In this document: positions 1 to 9,816 of the stretch, one piece after another
How the letters are laid out: each line of letters opens with the position of its first letter
How positions within the stretch are numbered: position 1 is the stretch's first letter
DNA from: Acidobacteriota bacterium
GTDB taxonomy: Bacteria; Acidobacteriota; UBA6911
Assembly (NCBI GenBank): GCA_963664705.1
Contig: OY761556.1
Span: forward strand, 1,696,001-1,760,000
Direction of reading: 5' to 3'
DNA: 64,000 nucleotides
Position numbers and translations under genes: made by a program
The notes under the pieces: model-generated
Seen by the model: only the letters and a program-made list of their open reading frames with translations
Database searches by the model: none
Told to the model about the DNA's origin: nothing

Positions 1-152
1 TGACGATAAATGGAGCTCTCGTGTTTTGATTTTACGGCAACATTATAGGTATTCATTACTCGACTCTTTGGCAGGATCGCAGGATAAATTTCATTCCGCA
101 ACAACTTGATGTTCCACTACGCCTGCCAGACATGCGGTTCGCTCCGCAGGGA

Positions 153-341
153 CTATAGGGCTTCGGCTGAACAAAGCATCGAGGCATCATAGGCGGAGCG
201 TTTGCATTCGGGGCAAAAATATCTGCTTTCCTTCGACCGCTTTTTCAGAAGATCGAGATCGGATTGGTCATGGCTTCTGCTCAAAGAACAGATCTTTGAA
301 TGGTCTTCATCATAAAAGTCGTAAATATCTTCATCTTCCAT
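153..341 (-). CDS. small Cys-rich protein (C...CxxC...LC), probable metal-binding
   Basis: 62 aa ORF with AGGAG upstream; contains KIC...YFCPECKRSAYDASMLC, resembling small CxxCxRxA...LC proteins of anaerobes. Confidence 0.6.
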   Translation of the reverse strand: MEDEDIYDFYDEDHSKICSLSRSHDQSDLDLLKKRSKESRYFCPECKRSAYDASMLCSAEAL

Positions 342-657
342 GATGTTTCTCCTTCAGACTTCAATAAATAAGATATAGAACCATCCGACAAACTTGTCAA
401 TGATTTATGAAAAGCATATTCATAAAAGGCCGTACAATTGAGACGAAAAGAGTTGTGTTTCTGTCATTAACATTGGAACACGCCTCGCAGGATTGCAAAA
501 ATCTTCTGAATACGCCCAATAGATATTGGATCGTTGGGTTCTGTCAGCGGCCAATTAGGCGCTTTTTGTGGGTTCTAAGGGCGAACCGGAGACTCTTCAT
601 TCCTATAACTATTGTGTATATAGGTCTTCCTTCGGTCCGTCCCGGAAGCTATTGATA

Positions 658-673
658 TGGGCCGGCACTTGCA
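658..673 (+). promoter_or_regulatory. possible sigma54 -24/-12 promoter
   Basis: TGGGCCGGCACTTGCA has GG-N10-GC spacing with TTGCA, about 140 nt upstream of the DUF2934 gene. Confidence 0.35.
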
Positions 674-813
674 GTATGTTTTATGAAACCAGCGAAGAAT
701 TCCGGATCATTTCAAGTACGGCAAAACTCCAGCACTTCTGCTCCGCAATAGGTGTGGATTCCCAGTTAACGATGCGATCAATAAATGTTTCGTTGCTTTT
801 ATGGGAGGCGACT

Positions 814-1089
814 ATGCGAATAACTGCCGGCTTCAAAAGCCACAAAAAAAATTCAAGAAAGGAACTGGACAGCATCGGAAGGGATTCTGAGTATTCGAAT
901 CCGGTTTCCACTGAAGTGTCCGAGGAGGAACGACGCCATTTGATCGCCGAAAGCGCGTATTTCCGTGCGGAGCGGCGCAGTTTTGTTCCTGGATATGAAT
1001 TGGAGGATTGGCTGGCTGCCGAGATTGAGATCGAAAAGCGGCTGGACGAGCTTCATTTGCCGAGTAGGCCTGATCATGCTCCCCAATGA
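814..1089 (+). CDS. DUF2934 domain-containing protein
   Basis: EERRHLIAESAYFRAERRSFVPGYELEDWLAAE motif; start reassigned to ATG 814 after GGGAGG. Confidence 0.85.
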   Translation: MRITAGFKSHKKNSRKELDSIGRDSEYSNPVSTEVSEEERRHLIAESAYFRAERRSFVPGYELEDWLAAEIEIEKRLDELHLPSRPDHAPQ

Positions 1090-1160
1090 TTCGGAGTTTG
1101 CTGTGATTTTTTTTACTAATTGATTGCGATGAGAGTGATTTCAGGCAAGGAGACCAGGCG

Positions 1161-2207
1161 ATGTCGGACCGAAAATTCAGCCTCGCCAATTATCTGGATC
1201 GTCAGGTTGATCCTGCTATCGATGCAGGATCAAACCCCATTGCCCTGCTTTTGGCAGGTGGGGATGGAGTACGTCTTCGGGAACTGACGAGACGGATTGC
1301 CGGGGCGCCTATACCGAAGCAATACTGTCGCCTCTTAAATGGGGCATCCCTGTTGGAAGCCTCGATTTCCAGGGCCCTTCTTCTATTTCCGCCGGATCGC
1401 ATCCATGTAATTTTGAACCATGATCATCTTGATTTGGCTCGGGACCAGGTCAAAGCGCTTCCCGTTTCCAATTTATTAGTGCAGCCGATGAATAGAGACA
1501 CCGGCCCCGGAATTACCTATGCCTTGCTGCACTTGGCTCGATCCTGCAATGATGCTACGGTTGCGGTTTTTCCGACCGATCACTATATCGATAATGGCAG
1601 GGCATTTGTTGCCCACGTGATGCGGGCGATGGTTTCCGTTCAGCTCCACCCGGAAAAGATCTTGATCCTGGGAGTTGCTCCGGACAGACCAGACACGGGG
1701 TATGGTTACATCATGCCTTCCAGATCACTGACGCCATCGGGTACGAGCTATCATGTTGAGTCCTTCATGGAAAAACCCAGCCTTGCGGAAGCGCAGGAAA
1801 TCATCTCGCGTGGAGGCATGTGGAATACATTCGTCATGGTCTTCAGGCTTTCCCGAATGCTGGAATTGCTGCATGCGTTGGTACCTGAGGATGTTGTGAT
1901 GCTATGCAGGATGCTTGAGAAGCCATCCGGGGCCGTCGATGGGTATCACGAAATTCGCCCCTGGAATTTTTCCACCCAGATACTTGCCCGCATTCCCCAG
2001 CACCTGATTGTCCTTAAAGTTACCAACGTATCGTGGAGTGATTGGGGAACACCCGAATCGATCGAACGGACATATGAGGAGCTGAATCTGGCGCCTTTCT
2101 GGGAAATGGCGAAGGCCGATGGAAGTCGAGGTCAAAACAGGGAATTGGCCAGTGATCTTCCGAATGCCGGTGAGCGACAAATCTATGCGGTTCCTCCATC
2201 TCGCTGA
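1161..2207 (+). CDS. sugar-phosphate nucleotidyltransferase (mannose-1-phosphate guanylyltransferase-like)
   Basis: LLAGGDGVRL...PKQY, QPMNRDTGPG, FPTDH, GYGYI, FMEKP and WSDWG motifs. Confidence 0.85.
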   Translation: MSDRKFSLANYLDRQVDPAIDAGSNPIALLLAGGDGVRLRELTRRIAGAPIPKQYCRLLNGASLLEASISRALLLFPPDRIHVILNHDHLDLARDQVKALPVSNLLVQPMNRDTGPGITYALLHLARSCNDATVAVFPTDHYIDNGRAFVAHVMRAMVSVQLHPEKILILGVAPDRPDTGYGYIMPSRSLTPSGTSYHVESFMEKPSLAEAQEIISRGGMWNTFVMVFRLSRMLELLHALVPEDVVMLCRMLEKPSGAVDGYHEIRPWNFSTQILARIPQHLIVLKVTNVSWSDWGTPESIERTYEELNLAPFWEMAKADGSRGQNRELASDLPNAGERQIYAVPPSR

Positions 2208-2420
2208 GAGGGAGGAAACAGAATAGGAATGGACCGGAAAGCTTTCCGTGAGCATCGTCTTTCATCAGTCGAAAGGGTATGGGATAGCAATGTCGGCCGC
2301 ACTCCTGGTGCTCGCTGCAAATATTTCCCTTGCCTGCCTGAGCTGTTTCTAAAACAATGGCTAATCAGCCAGCGATTCAGGAACAGCTTTCATCAGCGAT
2401 GACACCAAAATAGGTGTGTT

Positions 2421-4487
2421 ATGGCGAATGATATTTCCCTGGAGAGCCCAAAAACTGTTCAGGAAAAAGAGCAACCCGCAGAATCTTCCGCGTCAACAGG
2501 AAGCCCGACGGATATCGCTCAGGCGCAGGGTCAGCTCCTGCAGCGTTTCTACACGATGCTTGCCAGTCTCTATTCGGGCGTTTTGCTGATGACGGAAGAG
2601 GGTAGGGTTGAGTTTGTGAACCAAGCTTTCTGCGATTCCTATGGGCTTGATGAATTGCCGGGAGACTTGATCGGCATGAGTTCCGACGCCTTGATGCAAA
2701 AAATCAAGCACGCCTATCAGGTGCCTGAAGAGGCGGAAAAGCGCATCCGCGAGATCCGTCAGGAGGGAAAGCCGGTCCGCCATGAGGAATTTGCCATGCG
2801 AAACGGGCGCACGGCGATTCGCGATTCTATTCCTCTGAATATTGACGGCAAACCGTGCGGACGGCTTTGGCTGCATACGGATATAACCGAGCGCGTGGCC
2901 ACGGAGCAGGCGCTGCGGCAAAGCGAATTGCGCTATCGTTTGTTTGTAGAAGCCTCCTCCCAGGTGGTTTGGACCACAAATGCCCGAGGTGAAGTCAATT
3001 TGGAGATCCCGGCGTGGCAAGCATATACGGGACAGACGGCCGAGCAGGCGCGCAGATTTGGATGGATGGATGCGATCCATCCCGATGATCAGTCGCGCGT
3101 GGCCGCTGCCTGGGAGAAAGCATTTCGCTCGTGCGGAATTTTTGAAGTGGAATATCGCATGCGGCTGAGTGATGGTTCCTGGCGGGACATCCTCGCGCGT
3201 GGCGTTCCGGTCCATACGCCCGAGGGTCGTGTTCTGGAATATGTGGGTACGTGTATCGACATAACGGAGCAACGGCGGGCCGCGGAAGAACTGAAGCGAT
3301 TGAATTCCGATCTGCTGCGCATGGTGGATGAGCGGACGGCCGAGGTGACGGTGCTTGCCAATAACCTGCGCGAGCTAGCTTCCGAACTGACGCGCACCGA
3401 ACAGCGGGAACGGCAGAGAATTGCCAAGGTGCTGCACGACCATATTCAGCAGTTGCTGGTGGCTGCCAAGCTACAGACAAATGCGCTGATCAACCGGCAG
3501 CAGAGCGAACGACTAAAAACTTCGGTACGGCTCATCAGTGATCTGCTCGACCAGACTATTTCGGCTTCCCGCGAACTGACCGCGGATCTGATTCCCCCGG
3601 TTTTGTATGACGCGGGTTTTGGCGCCGCGCTGCAATGGCTTACTCGCAACTTTCTGGAGAAACACAATCTACAGATTGAAGTTCTGTTTAATCCATCGGG
3701 AGAGCCGCGAAGCGAAGATGTGCGCATATTCATGTTCGACGCGGTTCGGGAAGTACTGTTCAATGTAGTGAAACATTCTGGTGTGAACACGGCTCACGTC
3801 GAGTGCTACCGCGGGGAGGATGATCGTGTGCATGTCGTCGTGTGGGATAAAGGAAAGGGATTTGATTTCCTTTCCCCGCAATCCGGTGAGCGTTCCCGTG
3901 GATTCGGGCTTTTCAGTATTCAGCAACGGTTGACTCATATGGGTGGACGAATGGATATTGAATCTGCTCCCGGGGGCGGAACGCAGATTACTCTTATCGG
4001 ACCGCTTGCCGCGGATTTTCAACCGGCGGTGCCTTTAGCGGAATTCCCGGTTCCTTCTGTCAGCACCATGACAAAAGGGGCAAGCGATGGTCGAATTCGA
4101 GTGATTCTGGCGGATGATCATCACCTCATCCGTCAGGGACTTGCGGGGCTATTGCGGGCGGAGGCTGACATTGACGTCATTGGAGAAGCAGAGAATGGCG
4201 CGCAGGCCATCACCATGACACGGTCTCTTCAGCCGGATATCGTTGTCATGGATGTCAGCATGCCTGTGATGAACGGAATTGACGCTACAACGGAAATTCA
4301 CCGCGACATGCCCGCTGTTAAGGTGATAGGGCTTTCGATGCATGAAGATGGAGAGCTATCATCCGCGATGCGGCAGGCGGGCGCAATTGCTTATGTGACG
4401 AAAGGTGGATCTTCGGAATCGCTTGTGGAAGCGATCAGAATGGCTGCATACACTGGGAACACCGGCGCTTCGTCGGCAGGGGAGTAG
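2421..4487 (+). CDS. PAS-PAS hybrid sensor histidine kinase (HisKA_3/NarX-type) with C-terminal receiver
   Basis: two PAS domains, ERQRIAKVLHD H-box, NVVKH, DKGKGF, GFGL, receiver ADDH...MDVSMP. Confidence 0.9.
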   Translation: MANDISLESPKTVQEKEQPAESSASTGSPTDIAQAQGQLLQRFYTMLASLYSGVLLMTEEGRVEFVNQAFCDSYGLDELPGDLIGMSSDALMQKIKHAYQVPEEAEKRIREIRQEGKPVRHEEFAMRNGRTAIRDSIPLNIDGKPCGRLWLHTDITERVATEQALRQSELRYRLFVEASSQVVWTTNARGEVNLEIPAWQAYTGQTAEQARRFGWMDAIHPDDQSRVAAAWEKAFRSCGIFEVEYRMRLSDGSWRDILARGVPVHTPEGRVLEYVGTCIDITEQRRAAEELKRLNSDLLRMVDERTAEVTVLANNLRELASELTRTEQRERQRIAKVLHDHIQQLLVAAKLQTNALINRQQSERLKTSVRLISDLLDQTISASRELTADLIPPVLYDAGFGAALQWLTRNFLEKHNLQIEVLFNPSGEPRSEDVRIFMFDAVREVLFNVVKHSGVNTAHVECYRGEDDRVHVVVWDKGKGFDFLSPQSGERSRGFGLFSIQQRLTHMGGRMDIESAPGGGTQITLIGPLAADFQPAVPLAEFPVPSVSTMTKGASDGRIRVILADDHHLIRQGLAGLLRAEADIDVIGEAENGAQAITMTRSLQPDIVVMDVSMPVMNGIDATTEIHRDMPAVKVIGLSMHEDGELSSAMRQAGAIAYVTKGGSSESLVEAIRMAAYTGNTGASSAGE

Positions 4488-4517
4488 CCGCTTTCACGAC
4501 GCCAATGCCGCATATTA

Positions 4518-4610
4518 TTTGTCGAGGGCGAAGTCCATCGGAGTGAGGTGGCTTGCCACTGTCTTCGACTTTTATGGTTTTCAAAGGTGGCAGCAAGCTG
4601 CCCCATTCCA
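4518..4610. repeat. degenerate REP/REPIN-like palindromic element, family A copy 1
   Basis: TTTGTCGAGGGCGAAG..GGAGTGAGGTGGCTTGCCACTG...AAAGGTGGCAGCAAGCTGCCCCATTCCA; homologous to 13802-13894. Confidence 0.7.
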
Positions 4611-4825
4611 CGGTTCCTATTCGGGCGCCTTTTTGCAAATAATACCAGCATTAGCGGGACGGCGGCGTGAGCGGCATGTAGGCGACCACGTTTTTGCGGG
4701 CAATACGCCGTCCGGTCTTAGTCTCGAATCTGAAATCCGGAATCTTAAATTCTGCAAAAATGCGGCATTTGGCTGTACAATCGCTCCATCATCCGTGCCC
4801 AACTACCAAATCACGAGGCGACACC

Positions 4826-7111
4826 ATGGCAGATATCGAAGGCAGCAACGGACAAAGGACCGAATTCAAAGCTGTCGGCCGAGCGAACGTACCCGGCCGG
4901 CTGTCCTATACCATTGCAACTGGCGGGGCCAAATTTGGCACCGATGTGGTAGTGCCAAACATGCTCCATGCGAAATTCCTGCGAAGCCCTCATGGCCGCG
5001 CGAAAATTAAAAGCCTGGATATCAGCAAGGCGAAAACGCTGGACGGCGTTGTAGATATTGTAACGTGGGATGACCCGGACATACGTTCAATCAATGAAGC
5101 GCTGGCACGTGCCGAAATCAAACCGATGGCAGGAATCCGGGGACAACTCATCCCTAACGAGGCGGAGACTGAGGATGAGGAGATCGGCGTGGTTGTGGTT
5201 GCGGTTACGCCGGAAATCTGCGATGAGGCGCTGAAGCGGATACAGGTGGAGTGGGACATATTGCCAAGCATAGTGGATGCACTGGATGGCCTGAAGCCTG
5301 GTGCTCCAATCATACGTCACGATCCAAAGAAACTGGCATCCAGTTATTCGCAAGGAGATGTCGAGGCGGGATTTAAGCAGGCGGATCAGATAATTGAATT
5401 CGACTGGTGGCATTCACGCACCGCATCGCATATTCCGAATCCGAACGGAAGTGTCTCGTGGTGGGCACAGGACCCTTGGGGAGTGCAGGGCGCAACGCTG
5501 TTTATTGAGGGGATCTCACCCACATGGGGTGCATTTCAGCTCCGTCCCATGTATGACATCACTTTTGACAAGCTTCATCGCGGAACGCTTTTCCAAGGTG
5601 GAAAATATTGTGACTGGATCATTCGACGTTCCCAACTGATTACGCCATTGCTGGCTCGTCGCACCGGGAGGCCGGTGCGTTGCGTGAACCAGAGGCAAAA
5701 TGACTATTACCCTGCGAATCCTCAACGATATTCCCATGCAAAAATCGGGTTCAGGAAGGACGGGCTCATAACCGCTGTCGAGGAACGCACGGTAGGAGAC
5801 CAGGGCGCGCCGGATGAGGAATCTTCCTTCATGGGTGGATTTGAGGCGAGGTTCAGCCCGTTTAATACAACTCGTTGCGTGAACCAAAAGAGCCAGTTTC
5901 AAGGCGTGTTTACCAATTCCGGTCGTAATACCCTTAGTCAAACGTCTCCTTTTAACTGGGATGCTATGACCATTGCCGAGCAGATGATTGCGGAAAAACT
6001 CGGGATGGACGTTCTGGATGTCGCGCTGGCGAACGTTCACGGTCCCGATTCCCAGACGGATCCGGGTGTTCCTCCCGGCCTCGTGATGTGTATTGAAAAG
6101 GGCAGAAAAGCCATGAATTGGAAATGGCATCCGGCAGGTGCGAGGAGGCTTCCGGATGGAAAGATGCATGGATTGAGCTTCCGGTATGCCCTGTCTCCAC
6201 GGCACGCCTTTCAGCCATATACGGCGACGGTGACAATCCAAGGGGATAACAAAGTCTATATCCCTCTCAAGGGACCTTGGGCCGGCTACTATGGATCGGA
6301 TGCATGCGCGCTTGTTGTAGCGGAAGAGCTTGGTGCAAAAGTTGAGGATGTAATCCTTCTCTTTGATGAAAAGGCCATCTTTACTCCGGTCGGAGGCGGT
6401 AGCGACGGCACAACCGCGTCAGCCTGGGTTATTAAGGAAGCTGCGGTTGCCTGCAAGAAGCAACTACTTCAGCTGGCCGCCCTTAAGTTCAATGCCAAAC
6501 CGGAAGATCTCGATACAAAAGATACGACGGTTTATCTCAAATCCAATCCTGCCAAATCGCTTTCGTTCGGATCAATCATAGGCAGTGAGGGTTTCGGGGA
6601 TCATGATTTAGACATTGCGGCGACCTACTTTGGCCGGCCTCCGGCGACTACATGGAATCAGGGCGGAAAGGTCCTCGACGTAATGAATACCAGTTTTTGC
6701 GAGGTTGCAGTCGATATCGAAACCGGTGGCATTGATGTGACAAAATTTGTTGTTGTCTGTGATCCCGGCAAGGTTCTGAGAATGACTTCGTTTGAAGGAC
6801 AGTTGCATCAGGCGATGTTCTTCAGCCAGGGCGGCGGATTGTCGGAGGAGTTTATTTACGATAAGGCTACCGGAGTTAAGCTCAGCACCAATATGTTTGA
6901 ATATAAGAAGCCCACGATTGTCGATTTTGGGCCCATTGAAACACATGCAGTTGAAACCCGATCGGGGAATGCCTGCTACGGCGCATCCGGAATCAGCCAT
7001 TGCATGGCCGCCCCATTGCTGCCTGTATGCGCGGTAGCCAATGCCATCGGGAAGTGGATCGAACCACCCGTCACGCCCGATAAGGTGCTGAGGGCTTTGG
7101 GTAAGTGTTAG
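4826..7111 (+). CDS. xanthine dehydrogenase/aldehyde oxidoreductase family molybdopterin-binding subunit
   Basis: TGGAKFGTD, LRSPHGRAKI, LLARRTGRPV, EVAVDIETG, EGQ, EYKKPT, PVTPDKVL; start set at ATG 4826 after GAGG. Confidence 0.9.
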   Translation: MADIEGSNGQRTEFKAVGRANVPGRLSYTIATGGAKFGTDVVVPNMLHAKFLRSPHGRAKIKSLDISKAKTLDGVVDIVTWDDPDIRSINEALARAEIKPMAGIRGQLIPNEAETEDEEIGVVVVAVTPEICDEALKRIQVEWDILPSIVDALDGLKPGAPIIRHDPKKLASSYSQGDVEAGFKQADQIIEFDWWHSRTASHIPNPNGSVSWWAQDPWGVQGATLFIEGISPTWGAFQLRPMYDITFDKLHRGTLFQGGKYCDWIIRRSQLITPLLARRTGRPVRCVNQRQNDYYPANPQRYSHAKIGFRKDGLITAVEERTVGDQGAPDEESSFMGGFEARFSPFNTTRCVNQKSQFQGVFTNSGRNTLSQTSPFNWDAMTIAEQMIAEKLGMDVLDVALANVHGPDSQTDPGVPPGLVMCIEKGRKAMNWKWHPAGARRLPDGKMHGLSFRYALSPRHAFQPYTATVTIQGDNKVYIPLKGPWAGYYGSDACALVVAEELGAKVEDVILLFDEKAIFTPVGGGSDGTTASAWVIKEAAVACKKQLLQLAALKFNAKPEDLDTKDTTVYLKSNPAKSLSFGSIIGSEGFGDHDLDIAATYFGRPPATTWNQGGKVLDVMNTSFCEVAVDIETGGIDVTKFVVVCDPGKVLRMTSFEGQLHQAMFFSQGGGLSEEFIYDKATGVKLSTNMFEYKKPTIVDFGPIETHAVETRSGNACYGASGISHCMAAPLLPVCAVANAIGKWIEPPVTPDKVLRALGKC

Positions 7112-7222
7112 TGCGCGCTATTACCGGACAGAAAATGGGCCGGTTTGTTGCTGAAAAAATTCGAAGAATCCAGGCTTGTAAAATGTGCGTATTTGCAGAC
7201 GCAAATTCCCCAAAGGATCTCT

Positions 7223-8500
7223 ATGTCTCGAAATCGCCTGTTTTTCGGCTGGTGGGTATTGTTTGGGATTTTTGTCATGTATACCGCGCTGTGCGGTATA
7301 CAGATTTACACGCTGCCGCTGTTCTATCCTGCACTGATGAAGGAATTTCGCTGGTCCACGGAAAACGTAACACGGGCTGCAACCATTTTTTTTCTGACCG
7401 GAGCGATTCTTACTCCGTTTGTCAGTTCGTTCTTTGACCGATTTTCCGCAAGACTGTTTATGATAGCCGGCGGAATAGCTACGGTGATCGGACTGTTTTG
7501 CTACAGTGCGCTCTCCTCTCTCACCCATATGGCACTTGTTTATATGGTCTTCTCCTTCTCGCAGGTCAGTTGCGGACAGGTGCCCACGATGCTGGTGGTA
7601 ACCCGCTGGTTTAAGCGCTATCGAGGCATCGCGGTCGGAATAACGCTGATGGGGCCGGATCTGGGAGGTGCCATATTTCCGCTTGTGGTCAAGACCTCTT
7701 TGGCCAACGGCGAATGGCGTCATGCGTTGACATTGTTGATGGCAATCGCGGGAGTCATGATACTGCTCCCTCTGGTTTTCCTGGTCCGCAGCCGGCCGGA
7801 GGATAAAGGGCTTCAGCAAGACGGCTCGGCAGCCCAGAACGAAGATCGGAAAAATTCGGGAGAGGCAACACAATCAAGCGGGATTACCTTGAGCCAGGCC
7901 CTGCGAATGCCTGCCTTTTATATATTGGCCTTTGCGACCGGCTCGCTCTGGTTTTGTATGAATGGTATTGTTCAGCACCAGACGATTTTCATGAATGCAG
8001 AGTTGGGAATTTCGATGGATACGCTTCCCCTGATCGTCAGCACGCTTTTCTGGTTTGCCATTATCGGCAAACTCCTGATCGGCTACCTGAGCGACCACTT
8101 TGACAAGATCACGATCATGTTTGTGGTTGTCGCCGCCTTGATTGCGGGCCTGGCAATTCTGCGCCTGTCCAGTGCATCCAATCTTGCCGGACTGTATTGT
8201 TATGCCGCAGTTTTCGGCATCGGCTATAGCGGCACGTTTACGATGATACAGCTGGTGATTGCCGAATTTTTCTCCGGCCAATCCTATGGGAAAATTCTTG
8301 GTATATTGACCATGGTGGATGTTGGAGCGGGAGGGCTTGCCATCACCGTCATTGCTCAGCTTCAAGGGATATACCATAGCTATCTGCCTGTGCTCGAGGG
8401 CCTGATTGTCCTGACTTGTTTGGTGGCAATTTTTGTCCTTTTCCTGCGGAGGATGCGCCGCGATGTTCGGCTCGCCAACCCATTGTCGGCTGAAACCTAG
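7223..8500 (+). CDS. MFS transporter (OFA/monocarboxylate-like)
   Basis: about 12 TM segments, FFDRFSAR, RWFKRYRGIAVG and GYLSDHF motifs; start ATG 7223. Confidence 0.85.
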   Translation: MSRNRLFFGWWVLFGIFVMYTALCGIQIYTLPLFYPALMKEFRWSTENVTRAATIFFLTGAILTPFVSSFFDRFSARLFMIAGGIATVIGLFCYSALSSLTHMALVYMVFSFSQVSCGQVPTMLVVTRWFKRYRGIAVGITLMGPDLGGAIFPLVVKTSLANGEWRHALTLLMAIAGVMILLPLVFLVRSRPEDKGLQQDGSAAQNEDRKNSGEATQSSGITLSQALRMPAFYILAFATGSLWFCMNGIVQHQTIFMNAELGISMDTLPLIVSTLFWFAIIGKLLIGYLSDHFDKITIMFVVVAALIAGLAILRLSSASNLAGLYCYAAVFGIGYSGTFTMIQLVIAEFFSGQSYGKILGILTMVDVGAGGLAITVIAQLQGIYHSYLPVLEGLIVLTCLVAIFVLFLRRMRRDVRLANPLSAET

Positions 8501-8560
8501 TTCCGGGCGCGAATCTGTTCAAATCCGGTGAAAGAGTGCAAAATGGATTTCGGAGGCTCT

Positions 8561-9100
8561 ATGAAAATCAGGAGGCCAGGAAGTCTGATTGCGTTGTTGC
8601 TGTTGGCTGGATCCGTTTGTATCGGATGGGCAGGAGAGCGCAGCTCTGCAATTACCGGAACACCCGAATGGGAAAAAATTAAGTCATTGGTTGGAGAGTG
8701 GGATGCATATGTAATGGAAGGCGGCAAAAAGATGGAGGGGCATGTTTCGGTGCGTATGACCGGCGATGGATCTGCTGTCATGCACTGGATGGATGCCGGC
8801 ACTCCCCATGAAATGGTCACCATGTTTCACATGGATAAAGCGGAGCTGCTGGGGACGCACTATTGTGCCGCTCACAACCAGCCGCGATTCCATGCAATCG
8901 CTTCGAAAGACCCTTCGAAGGTCGTATTTGAATTCAAGGACGGCACAAACATCCGGCCAGGGGATGGATTCATGCGGCAACTGACAATTGCATTCGTTGA
9001 TGCGGACCACCACAACGAAACCTGGGGCTATGACAGCAATGGTAAAGTTCAGTCAGCCACCTTCTTTATGACGCGATCCAGGAAGCCTGCGCCAAAATAG
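8561..9100 (+). CDS. secreted hypothetical protein (THYC-AHNQPR motif)
   Basis: signal peptide, LVGEW, EMVTMFH, THYCAAHNQPR; GGAGG RBS before ATG 8561. Confidence 0.7.
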   Translation: MKIRRPGSLIALLLLAGSVCIGWAGERSSAITGTPEWEKIKSLVGEWDAYVMEGGKKMEGHVSVRMTGDGSAVMHWMDAGTPHEMVTMFHMDKAELLGTHYCAAHNQPRFHAIASKDPSKVVFEFKDGTNIRPGDGFMRQLTIAFVDADHHNETWGYDSNGKVQSATFFMTRSRKPAPK

Positions 9101-9131
9101 AGGCCTGCGCGTGCAAGAACAGCCTGGTTTC

Positions 9132-9641
9132 TTAATGGTCTCGGATAACCAGATCGCCAAGGGGACGTCGCGTTTTTGTGCCCAGGGCATCCGATGGATA
9201 GCCAAGTGGCGTAAAGCCAAAGGCCATCCAGTCGGGAGGGGGCTTCAGTACTTCGCGTGCCGCAGCGGGATCGAATGCAGCAATCCAGCATGTGGCCAAC
9301 CCTTCGTCCGCCGCCGACAGAACGATATGCGTCATCGCGATAGCCGCATCCACCTCCGCTGCATTCCAGTTGTCCGCTTTTCGAACCCAGCCTTCCGGGG
9401 GGACGGTGTACAGGGCCAGAATCAGGGGAGCTTGCGTAAACCAGTGTCGGCCATAAATGCGGCTTAACTCCGGTTCTCGACCCTGGGTCGAGATAACCTC
9501 AATGCGGAAAGGCTGCCGGTTCGCGGCCGTAGGAGCCAACCGAGCCGATTCGAGGATTCGGGCAAGCTTTTCTTCTTCGACCGGCCTGGATGAATATGCA
9601 CGGGCACTATACCTTTTCCTGATCAGATCCTGGAAGTCCAT
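9132..9641 (-). CDS. nitroreductase family protein
   Basis: RYSARAY, APTAANRQP, GLATCWI, LGYP motifs. Confidence 0.9.
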   Translation of the reverse strand: MDFQDLIRKRYSARAYSSRPVEEEKLARILESARLAPTAANRQPFRIEVISTQGREPELSRIYGRHWFTQAPLILALYTVPPEGWVRKADNWNAAEVDAAIAMTHIVLSAADEGLATCWIAAFDPAAAREVLKPPPDWMAFGFTPLGYPSDALGTKTRRPLGDLVIRDH

Positions 9642-9816
9642 ATCAAGCCTTTCTTGCGGCCGCCATCAGATTTACATCAAAACCACCGTGAGCATGATTA
9701 TATAGGCGTTCACAATAGGATGGATTCATATTATCGCAGGACCTTGTGGCATTTCTGGCAAAAAGAGCTGTACATCCGGCACGAATTCCGCGAATTATAG
9801 ACTTTTCAGCGCTGTA

